DNA of 47,844 bases, counting the filler, from Sphacelaria rigidula (taxonomy: Eukaryota): the NCBI GenBank assembly GCA_964200075.2. It is 2 parts of 2 records of this genome, joined end to end, with 100 filler letters (N's around TTAATTAATTAA, not from the genome) between each part and the next. Parts side by side here need not be neighbours in the genome. Positions count along the whole stretch, not along the records: positions 23,979 to 47,844 come from CAXNAA020000242.1; 1 more part is not named here. One strand, 5' to 3'. Shown piece after piece: positions 37,771 through 47,844 of this stretch. Made by a program: the position numbers and the translations under genes. Every line of letters begins with the position of its first letter. Position 1 is the stretch's first letter. Below the pieces are notes generated by a model that worked only from the letters and a program-made list of their open reading frames with translations, ran no database searches and was not told the origin of the DNA.

Positions 37771-39136
37771 CGCTCAACAACTGGTCCCTTCTTGGGCGCT
37801 ATATATATATATATATATTTACTCGCGACCTGACATGCACCACACACCCTAGTCTCACAGTGAGTTGATCTGTCAACACCGCCGGCAATGTGCACAATGG
37901 GATCACTCAATATATGCCGCGATTGGACGCCGAAGAAAGCAGAATTGAGCCGTGCAATGTCAAGCGTTACACTCGACCAGACCTTGAATAACCAATCCTT
38001 TCACAGGTCACCCTTCTGCAATCAAGCCCGTGCATAGACACAGCGATGCCCCATAGCATATCATGTATTACTAGGCGTTGGGGTATCGGCCATGGCATAG
38101 GCATCCCAGCTTTCCATGATTATATTTTCTACAGCCTTCGAGGGCACCCCCCTCCCTTTCAAGCTCTATATCAAGCCGTTGCTAGGTCAACCTGTGAAAT
38201 TCGTAAGCCTTGCACGCATAGCCTAATTGTGCACAATCAGGCCTTGGACGACCGAACATATGCATAACGTCGGCTTGAATCACAAGACCTTGTGTGCGTT
38301 CAGACGTTTGGCATGCTCGAGACTGTCAGAAACAAACCTCGAGCGTTCAAGCCTTCTTGCTCAAGCAAGCCCTCTGGGTATAGCGGTGGCAGCGTACGTC
38401 GCTGATTTTACCGACCAAGAAAAAAAGAGCACATACGTCCGCCTGTATTTGTCCTCTGACACACGCTACGGCATCCATAGTCTGTGTACTTTTAGTTACA
38501 TCAAGCTTCCGTGGCAGTTTCAGACCAAGGTGAAGTCGAGGTCTTGAGTGAGAAAATTGTCATCCTCCAGGGGACTGACAGGCAAGGATCCCACCCCCTC
38601 TAGATCTGACGCCTACGAGGGAGCACCGGGGATAAGGGGCGACGGCGGAGCGGGGAGGGCGGCGGTGGTGGATTGGGGCGTATGAGTATCCTGACTGCTG
38701 TAGTATTTCTTTCAAAAACGTGAAAATATTCGAATGGGCAACCGCGGTTACGACTCGGGGGTGCGCACGCACATACCCCCCCGCCTAGCTCTCCGTGCCA
38801 TCAGGAGTACATACATTTCGAAGAGACATATGGATACGCTGATTGGAATGGTCCATGTGCATTTGATGCAGGTCCACATGTCCCCACCCAAGTACAGGCA
38901 AGCCGTTCCGACAAAAACCATGACCTACCAGTATTACGTCATGACGATAGATTCCTGTACATACTGTAGTGCATAGTGCAGTATTTTTTATATATAAAAA
39001 TGACAGGAAGGGCAGTGAGATGATCAGCTGTCGTTCGGAACAGTTTGAAGGTGAGCGTGGGTGGGATATATGGCCGTAGCCCATCGCTGGCCACTGTAAA
39101 ATACACTCGGTGCCGGCAGAGGATATTTGCAGGTCA

Positions 39137-39378
39137 AGTCGACTTGACGGTCGACGAGGGAAAGGGACTGCTGAACCCCTTTCGCGATAAAAAAAAGAAA
39201 GGCAAGCAACGCAGAAGGAAGGTGGGGTACTAAGAACAAATAAAAAAGAAAAAGCTCCTGTGTTGACCTTCCTCCTGTGTGACCCCGGCTGATGCGCCGT
39301 CATATACCGAAGGGTGTAGACCGGCATCCAGAATAAATGGGACGACGACACAAACAACACACACAACACACACAACAT
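39137..39378 (+). mobile_element. SINE family 1, 5'-truncated copy
   Basis: Body and 3' end (CATATACCGAAGGGTGTAGACCGGCATCCAGAATAAATGGGACGAC plus AC-rich tail); no tRNA-like head. Confidence 0.85.
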
Positions 39379-39625
39379 ACTTTGAAAACTGTGGTGGGTA
39401 AAAACTAGACAGTACAGTAACCGTGTGGCTCAGAATGATTGGCTATTTTGAAGGACCCAACCACGTGCGTGGGTCTTGGAGAAAAGCAACTTGCTCAGGC
39501 CGGCATCGCTTCGCCAATACAAGCACGCCATATATCGGTGTGCGCTCATTTGGTGGGAACTGGGCAAGACATGTTCATCCCAAGTGTGCAGTAGCACGAT
39601 GCAGGGCATAATTGTACACGCGAAA

Positions 39626-39681
39626 GGGGGGTGTACTCATGATCATGCATGCCATAGTCGTCAGACCATAGGGGGGGGGGG
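39626..39681 (+). repeat. Short G-run element copy
   Basis: (G)n-TGTACTCATGATCATGCATGCCATAGTCGTCAGACCATA-(G)n. Confidence 0.8.
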
Positions 39682-40368
39682 AAGGCCTCTCCAAAACAAC
39701 TGCGGAGATATTTTCACCTTCAGACCTGTAGTGCGCGTAAAAGTCGGTCTGACTTATATTAACGCGTTATCAAAACAAAAGCTTTCAACAATTAAGGCTC
39801 GAAAGCTCACTGGTTTGGTGCAACAAAAAAGATGATGATAATAGTAGCAATGATAATAATGAATTCCTAACGCCAAGAAGAAGGAAACAAGAATACTTCA
39901 TTTATTTTGAACTACTAATAACGACATGTACACATGAGAAAAACGAAGTGATCCGCCCCAGAAATAATGAGGGTTTTTCGGAACCCATCTGTTGTATATA
40001 CATGTAATCTCACCAGCCAATCAACGTCGCCTGTCACATCCTCGTTCACGTTGAAGCTCAGGCCGTCGCCGGCACTACCCACCTTCTGCCCCAGGATTTC
40101 TGGCGAGACAGGAAATATCCGAAAAAATAGGGAGCGTGCACGAACGCGACGGACGGGGTTGGTTAGAGTGGCCAAATAGCGCCACACCACCCATGCACCA
40201 GCGACCTGCCGATATTTCCCCCACAACGTGAGCCTCATCACGAAAAAATTAGGAATGCACAGGGTTTCTCACGAAGGGACTACCGCCGGATAGAGAAACA
40301 TACTCATTGTGGCTGGTTCATCCATGAATAAACAAAAAATAGTCATGTACATACATTTAAAGATGTAT

Positions 40369-40718
40369 GGTCGCCCCCCGGTGGCTCAGTTGGTAACCTC
40401 GAAACCTTCCGACGGTTGGGTCGTGGGTTCAAATCTCGGAGCGATCTGGGATTTCTTCTCCCACCATGCCCGACAGTGGAGAGCAACCACGTCGTGAGTA
40501 CACAAAATTCGACTTCATGGTCGACGAGGGGCACTGCTGAACCCCTCTCGCGATAAAAAATAAAGGCAAGCACCGCAGAAGGAAGCTGGAGTTCTTAAAA
40601 AGAAGAAAGGAAGAACTTCTGTGTTGACCTTCCTCCTGCGTGACCTCAGCTGGTGCGCCCAGATATACCGAAAGGTGTAAACCGACGTCCAGAATAGATG
40701 GGACGACAACACACACAC
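40369..40718 (+). mobile_element. tRNA-headed SINE family 1, full-length copy
   Basis: GGTCGCCCCCCGGTGGCTCAGTTGG (A box), GGTTCAAATC (B box), shared body, GGGACGACA(AC)n tail. Confidence 0.88.
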
Positions 40719-40729
40719 GTATTACCGCC

Positions 40730-41005
40730 GCCACCCCGGTGGTGTAATAGTCCAACTGTCGACATGAGGGTGGAGAGACGTGGATTTGAATCCCGATGGG
40801 TTGGATTTTCTCTTCGAAGGATCTGATTTCCATCGTCGCAAGCGGAAGTACGTGAAGAACCAAAAGTAGTTGACGGAGTTTGTTTGACGAGATTAGACGC
40901 GGTGCGGGAGTGCTGATAGTCATGACCCAATCCGCGAGACCAGGATGCAAGGCGTGTACCGGGGAGAGATGGGTTGATCCCTTGAGACCATGTTTTGAAC
41001 AAGAG
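40730..41005 (+). mobile_element. tRNA-headed SINE family 2 copy
   Basis: CCCCGGTGGTGTAATAG (A-box-like), GGATTTGAATCCC (B-box-like), body shared with 32700-32895 and 26720-26942. Confidence 0.65.
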
Positions 41006-41028
41006 CACGTAATTGGCAAGCTGTTGAT

Positions 41029-41145
41029 CCCTTGGGAGCCAATTGACGATTTTTGTTTTTGAGAATCGGCATCATTTTTACTTGAAAATGACTGAAAATA
41101 ATGCCGATTTACAAAAGCAAAAATCGTCAATTGGTTCCAAAAGGG
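41029..41145. mobile_element. piggyBac-like hairpin MITE
   Basis: CCCTT...AAGGG termini, inverted arms of about 50 bp, TTAA immediately right, degenerate TGAT left. Confidence 0.7.
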
Positions 41146-41246
41146 TTAATAAGAGCACTTGTGAGCGTCAGCCCCTCAGAAGATCCGACTATCGGTGTTC
41201 ACTCCAAAGCCAAGCAATGAGCCATTTTATAACGAATGCGTAGGCT

Positions 41247-42162
41247 CTACAGCATAAAACATGCATCACCTTCAAAATCATCTCGGAGGAGACGATCAAT
41301 AGCTCGCTGCAACTGTTCATCGGCAGCATCCTGCGTTCCTTCCTCCGCCCGAGAAGGCCTTCCTTCTGTCAGCATCCCGCTTACCCCACACAACGCTTGC
41401 TCAGCAGAACCTGTCCCGTGATTGTGATCGGATAATGATCTCGATGATGCAGTACATGATGCCCGAGGAGAACACGACGAAGAAGACGGAATTTTGGTTC
41501 GCTTTCCACGCATGACGTCTCGGCTCGACTTCGTGCTTCTGCGGCAAGGCACGATCAAATAAAAAGTATAGGATGACGGAAGCAATATGCCCGTCATTTT
41601 CCAATTCCATGGTGAGGTGATGAATTCTGAACACTCTCCTATAAGCGAAATCACAACAGGAGTTCCGTCAAACATAAAAATTCAATTGCACAATAAAGAT
41701 GGGACAGCCGTGGGCGTATCGCGGGTCAGATATATGCGCGTGGCTGAGTTGGCGAGCAAAAATGCTACAGAGAAGAACAAAACAACACACACAGCGTGAC
41801 GCTTGACGGGCGACGGCGGCGTGCATTCAACGGCGATAAAATTTCCACCGAATTCTCGCTCGGTAAGGGTGATAAAACGTCAACATAAGGTTTGTTTTTC
41901 TTTCTTTCTTTTCTTTCCCCGTTGAACTCGGGGGAGCTACTTCTCACCAGTTTTCGTGACGTCTCTCTTCTTGTTTGCATTTTTTGGTAATGTGTCTTGT
42001 AAGAAACAGCAGGAAACGGTATTAGAGAGGCGAGCCTACGCCCGTCACCATGGGTTCGCGAGATCGGACTTATGTGCGGAAATAATGATAATAATGATAA
42101 TAATGATAATAATGATAATAATGATAATAATGATAATAATGATAATAATGATAATAATGATG

Positions 42163-42212
<50 letters not shown>

Positions 42213-43919
42213 GTCGTTTCAGAGTCAGTGCCCGGCCAGTATATCTTTCAGAATCACTGCGGTCGCTGCGGAAGGGCCCTCATCAACTTTCCATAAATGT
42301 TTCCAGCGATTTGTCAACATATGATACCATAAAGTCCCACGAGTCACGCGGGGCGTGTGTATGCAATATTTACAAGTAGCGTGCATGTAAACGAACGAAC
42401 TGCAACTGGGGCCATGATCCAAGAGAAGGGTCCCACTGCGCGGGGGACTACCAACCAGACGTTGCAAACTACACATCGAACACAGCAAGCCTCATTCTCA
42501 GGCGAGTATCGTACCTGAACGCGTTACTCATTGCCATCGCAGCCCTCTGCTCATTACGCCGACGCACCAACACTTCCTCCTCATCTCCCAAACGTCCCAT
42601 CGCCAGCTCTACATCTGCAACGTCGCCACGATTCAAAGAACTATCCAAAGATCTCTCCGCGAGCTGCCATGCCGAAAGCAAAGATTGAAACAACAACAAG
42701 GATATTACAGTAACAGACAAGAGGTGACTGCGGATTGCTCATTGGCTCGTACCTTCTTGTCACCTTTAGGATATATAGATAAATGTCTCACACCCTGTCT
42801 TGTTTTTTATTTTCATAAGGCCTGCTCAAGCCGAGCGAACTCGAAATGACACCCCCTTACATTTCACCGCGGGTACGCCGCAAGATATGAACGGGAAGAA
42901 GCCAAGTGCTTAGATGGAGCTCTACACCAATGAAACAAATCGCACAACACCAGGTTTGTCTCGTGCCGGTTGAAGCGGCGCAGCAACGAACAGCTCTGGA
43001 TGTCTCGAATGCACCGGTCTTCACGTGGGTACGATTACGCGCACAATACCAGACGGCATGAGAGACAATGCGATCATCATTGTCATGGGAAGGAGGGCAC
43101 CGTATACACTACACCGACCACCTTCTCTTCATCACGCAACTCGATACGCAGCAAACAGACAGGTAGACCTTGTCGGCATCGAGGAGCTTCGAGCTGGTGT
43201 CCGGTTCAGCGGCGGACACAAACTTTAGCTGGACAAACCCAAACCTGCCTCTGTCTTGGTGTGAAGCGGGACACTCATGACTCACCGCGCTCCCCAATCC
43301 AACAAGTACGGTCGGAGACACAAAAACCATTGGTGAGCAGTACCGCAAAGTATACTGAAATGATCACAACGCACTCGGAGATTTGAAAGGCAAACACACA
43401 CACACACACGTAAATCACTCACTCACCGCGTCACCCGTGTACTCAACAAACCACACCACACGGCGAATAAAAACAACACCTTAGTACAAAAGCTCACCAA
43501 CGGCCGGGTCACCCTTGGCGCGGGCGCCTTCAGACCACTCTTGAAGGCACTCGTAGCCTTGTCCTTGCCAGGCAACGAGCCCTTCGAACCCGCAGCACCC
43601 TTCGCCTGCAGGTGGAGCTCTCCACCCATCGCCCCGCCACCAGACCCACCCGCAGCCGGTGCCCGATCGCGGTTGGAAATGTCGCCTAGCTTCTTCCTTT
43701 GATGTTGCATCGGCTTGCTGCCACTACCGCCCACATTCTTCACGAGAGAGATGCCCTTACCTTTACCCGTGGCTGCTGCAGCATTCTCATTTCGAGATCC
43801 TAGCGGTTTCACGCTTCCCGCCCCGAACTTCAGCTTGTTGGGGTTGGAGACGGACAGTCCAGTACCTTGTTGTTTACCGGGGGTGGCTTTGACTGGGAGT
43901 GTGTTCTCCGATCCTTTGC
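41247..43919 (-). CDS. Low-complexity D-box protein, candidate securin/PATRONUS-like; 5' end unresolved
   Basis: Phase-consistent GT-AG exons: 43919-43498 (GKGSENTLPVKATPGK...RKKLGDISNR...APRVTRPL), 43228-43169 (tentative), 42663-42515 (LAERSLDSSLNRGDVADVELAMGRLGDEEEVLVRRRNEQRAAMAMSNAF), 41538-41247 (...ADEQLQRAIDRLLRDDFEGDACFML*). Possible upstream exons at 44118-44053 and about 44400-44285 have no clear in-frame ATG. Confidence 0.65.
42081..42211. repeat. Compound (AATAATGAT)n-(AAT)n microsatellite
   Basis: 9-mer units grading into pure AAT, inside an intron of the D-box gene. Confidence 0.95.
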
Positions 43920-44869
43920 CTGGAGCCGCGAGCGGGGAAACGGAACAGGGTAGAGAGGGGTGAGCGTGCATCACATCAGTCATGATCCACATCGGTATGT
44001 CGTACGGGAAAGATCAAGGAGCCCTTCCGGCTGCAAGCAGTGTGCACTTCACCATTCCTCACATTGGGATGAAACTTGAGAACGTCATGACGGGAGTGCG
44101 TGAGGGGAACGGAGCATACTGAAATCAAATAGTTCGTTGACTACACAGAAATATGATGAAGCTTGAACCGAGGAGTTGCCCTGCGCACAGCACACAGCGC
44201 ACAGCACGCAGCATACTGGATTCATTCAACGAGCTTTCATACTGAACTCGAGTCAGAAAAAGGCAAGTCTCGTCGTGCGCTTACTGGTCAATCCGAGGGA
44301 GTTTCCGATATTCTTGTTCTTCTCCGTCGGCACCTGGGGGTGCTGTTTTGACTCTCGCGTGGCATCCGCATGTTCTCGTGGGGTGTCTTGTTGTTGTGCT
44401 TGCTGCTACGTCCAACCCTCTTATTATAATTTTGTGGCATATCTCGAATTGTATCTTTTACCGCACCCTCGACCAGCTCGGGGAAAATTTTCTTCCCTCT
44501 GTTTTTTTGGCGTCTCGCTTACTGTTTTATGTTGTTTTATCTCGGTGTCTCAGAAGAAATCGCTCAATAAGCGCTCCGATTTCATGTCAACAACAGAAGT
44601 GACGGTACTGGAAGACGAAACTACGTATGTGACCAAGACTTCGACATATGGGGCTTAAGTGTAGAAATAATACCATTACTGCTGATACCACGAGTTTTGA
44701 ATAAACAACACCCAATTCAGGTGCTAATGATGCTTCATAATACTCGGGTGGACATGGGTAGTATTTCTGCACAGCGTATGTTTTCTTCCCCCAAGAAGCG
44801 TACATCACTTTTCGATTGTGCACTCTATGGGCACAGGAACACATGTTTATTCGAAAGGTGGAGTTGTGC

Positions 44870-45167
44870 AGACACCCACGATACCACGGTATTTCGAGAT
44901 ATCGATACCTACCGTTTCTGCTAGATCGCGTATTTTCAAAACCCATACCTACGATACCTACGACACCTACGGTATCACGATATTTCGAGATTTCAATACC
45001 TACCGTATCCGCTCAGTCAGATATATCCAAAACTCATAGCCACGATACCCACGATACCACGCTATTCCAAGATTTCAATACCTACGGCACCTGCTCAATC
45101 GGGTATTTTCAAAACTCATGCCCACGATACCCAAGCATACCATGGTGTGGGATACCGCGGTAAATAA
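44870..45167 (+). repeat. Array of about 80-bp GATACC-rich tandem units, copy 1
   Basis: About 3.5 units of ...GATACCACGGTATTTCGAGATTTCAATACCTACCG...GCTCAATCGGGTATTTTCAAAACTCAT..., ending CCATGGTGTGGGATACCGCGGTAAATAA. Confidence 0.85.
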
Positions 45168-46170
45168 TGCACTCTCCACGGTGCAGCAGCTGGCCCCAAC
45201 TTACGCCAAGGTCAGAAGTTGTCGGAGCAGGTACGTCATATTTTCACAAGTAATATATATACCCAGATTCCCCCTGATTTTCGTATTTGGATCAATTTGA
45301 ATGAACTCATTATTATGCAGTCTCAAGTGCGGTCGGTTTTTTCTCTCGATCTGATCGGCCCACTGCATTTCTGTTCATATAATTAGTGGCGCGCGGAGAA
45401 AAACGACAAAACAATGAAGCTAAGCTTTTTCGGTCGACAACGTGAGGTCGAAATGCACGAAGCGGCACATGACTCCTGTATCACAGACCACCATGCCAGA
45501 TAACACCCGTTCACAGAACCATAGAATCTCTATCCAACTCATTCTCAGCTACCACCGCAACCCTGCAGCATCGAGTACGAGTTGAGCACAGGCAAGGATA
45601 GACTGCAGTAGTTGGGTAAGCTTCGTTCATTTTTGTTGGCGAAAACTTGCGCATCTTTTTTCATGGTAGTATCAGCGCCGGAACTGCGTGGTGCGGTGGG
45701 CAACCGACTTGCGTACAGCCTGAAAGACAGTGCAGGCAGTACTAAGCTGCACGTTGTTGGAGTCCTTTTCACATCGCATTGTAAGCAAGGAGAACTGATA
45801 GTCCTGGGCTGTCTGCACTGTACGTTGCCCGCTTCTCTTTAAAATCCTAGTGTACGAAACAGGCACACACGCACTCAGAAAGACACTGCTTGCAAGCAGT
45901 GCAGACACTACAGACTGTACTGTACACGAGTGACCATGTGCCGTTCCACGAATTTCTGTCTTTATTCGATCGAAAGCTTGAAATTCGCTTGGACCCAACT
46001 CGACAAAAATGAGCGATTTTCGCTCAAATCAATTTTACCGCCCCATTAATTTTCCGATCGGAAAAAAAGTGCGAAGTCACGCCCTGAAATGCTTCTCCGC
46101 ACTGCCGGATGACAGTTTAAAAGTAGGTACAGAGGGTAAGGCAGGTACCCGGTACTGGTATTTGGGACAT

Positions 46171-46467
46171 CTCATACCTACGATACTTACGACACCACGG
46201 TATTTCGAGATGCCAGTACCTACCATACCTGCTCAATCGGGTATTTTCAAATGTCGTACCGACGATACCCGCGATGCCACGGCATTTCTTGATACCAGTA
46301 ACTACTGTACCCGCTCAATCAGGTATTTTCAAAACTCATAGCTACTACACCTGCGATGACAGTATTTCGAGATTTCAATACCTACCGTACCCGTTCAACC
46401 AGGTATTTCCAAAACTCATACCCACGATACCTACGCATACCATGGTATTAGATACCCCGGTAAATAA
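46171..46467 (+). repeat. Array of about 80-bp GATACC-rich tandem units, copy 2
   Basis: Same unit and the same terminus, CCATGGTATTAGATACCCCGGTAAATAA. Confidence 0.85.
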
Positions 46468-47844
46468 GGGGGTACGCTCTGTACGGTACCCTACCTACCA
46501 TTCCCGTGCATTCTCGGGACCCAAATGCTCATCACCAGTGGGTTATACCCCCCCCCCCCCCTGAGTAGAGCAATTAAATCACATGGCAAAAAAAAGGTCC
46601 CGGGCCGTCCCTTGATCCAGCTTTACAGCGGTCGAACCGCACCAAACTTGTGACTATTTTTGTGATCACACGCACGGGCTGGCGATTTTTGTTCAGAAAA
46701 GAGACACTGCAAGCTCAAAAGATAGAGATAATCGTAATGTTCTCTAAAATTTCCCCTTTGCAAGTCAACGTCCGGTGGCATGGTGCCGTTGCCAAGAGCA
46801 TCGACAAAACAGCACTCGGTCATCTTAGGGGGTGGTATCCCCCGCCATCTTCAGTAGTACCGGCGCAAAATGGGGCTGATGCACGCTGCTTGGAAAGTAG
46901 CCAAAATTGATGAGAGATGACGCGTGGACACACGCCGGAGACTTTCACGAAGATCTCTATACTGCCTAGCCTGCAGTATCGATAGGACCCACCCTTACCT
47001 GCATGGCTAAGACCCTTGCGTAGCTTTTGCCGTGCCTGCTGCTGCCCAACCCTGTTCTCCTTGTCGAAGTAGATGTTGCTGTTGGTGCCCAACATGTTTT
47101 CGCCAGCCGTTCACGGTCCAGTCCAGAGTAGACTGCAGACTACAGCCCGATAAACACTATACCATGCGAAACTCGAAATCACTGAACAAGATCGCGTCTG
47201 TATACCAGCTGTGGCCCCCTGCAGTTTATGGTGCACTATTCGCAAGTTGACCCCTTTCAGCTGGTATGTGTTCAGTCAGTTCCCGCCAAATGTGGCCGTT
47301 TGACCAATTACGCAAATTCGACAGCAAGCGAGATACACGGACGCGCCCAGCTTGTATGTTCCGCAGGAGTTGATGTATACACAAACCTCAGCCTGTACAC
47401 GTTAGCTCTTGTGACGATTTATGCAAAGCAGTCAGTAGTGATCCGTGGTATCTTGCCTGTACTAGTTGGGTACCTGTTGGGGTGTTCTCTGAAATGACTT
47501 GATGTCGGCTCACCCCATATTATACCGCATACGCATTTGTCAGTATCTATTTCATCTATTTCCTATCCCGATTGATTGGTATATGCGGTACTGAATTCGC
47601 GGATCACTGTGAAGGCGAAAAAAAGAATGAAATACTGTGCAATCCTTTGATCGGTAGCCGTGATTTCATAAGTGCGGGTATGATTTAATCACATAAAAAG
47701 AAAATTTCAAGCGATGCAATCTGATTTCAGTAACATCAAGGGGCCCTACAGACTGGAAAACGGTTTATACCCCCCCCCCCCCCGGGGGTGGTCGAGAATG
47801 AGGAAAATCGAAAAATGGCGTCCACAAACCCGTTTCTCCCTGTT

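Noticed and set aside
40378-40450. tRNA gene (likewise about 3805-3878 and 19345-19420)
   Set aside because: A and B boxes are present, but I could not form a proper acceptor or anticodon stem, and each is fused to the same repeat body, so these are SINE heads.
41956-42324. Poly-Ile/Met and poly-Asn ORFs
   Set aside because: Translations of the AAT/GAT microsatellite.
44554-45620. Start of a further plus-strand gene (MSTTEVTVLEDETT...)
   Set aside because: Plausible splice signals exist, but the next candidate exon (about 45549-45616) has stops in all three frames, so no consistent model could be built.
44870-46467. CRISPR array
   Set aside because: Units are similar along their whole length, with no unique spacers and no cas genes, in a eukaryotic context.

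Overview
Eukaryotic, intron-rich and repeat-rich genomic DNA. The short exons, kb-scale GT-AG introns, a MEP-pathway gene and a flagellar/centriolar gene point to an ochrophyte, most likely a brown alga (inference). Almost all ORFs in the supplied track are spurious. I hand-spliced four multi-exon genes with consistent intron phases: (1) ispD on the minus strand (exons 6172 to 185, running off the window start); (2) an intact NADP-glutamate-dehydrogenase-family gene on plus (about 12438-22482) in which the canonical substrate-binding and catalytic residues are all replaced, a probable pseudoenzyme; (3) a TEX9-family coiled-coil gene on plus (24684-36706); (4) a low-complexity minus-strand gene (43919 to 41247) with a strong D-box and a DVELA motif, a candidate securin. 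Introns and intergenic DNA hold two tRNA-headed SINE-like families, a short element family bounded by G/C homopolymer runs, several MITE/foldback elements, possible Ty1/copia remnants, mini- and microsatellites, and an artificial 100-nt scaffold gap. Start codons of all four genes are unresolved.
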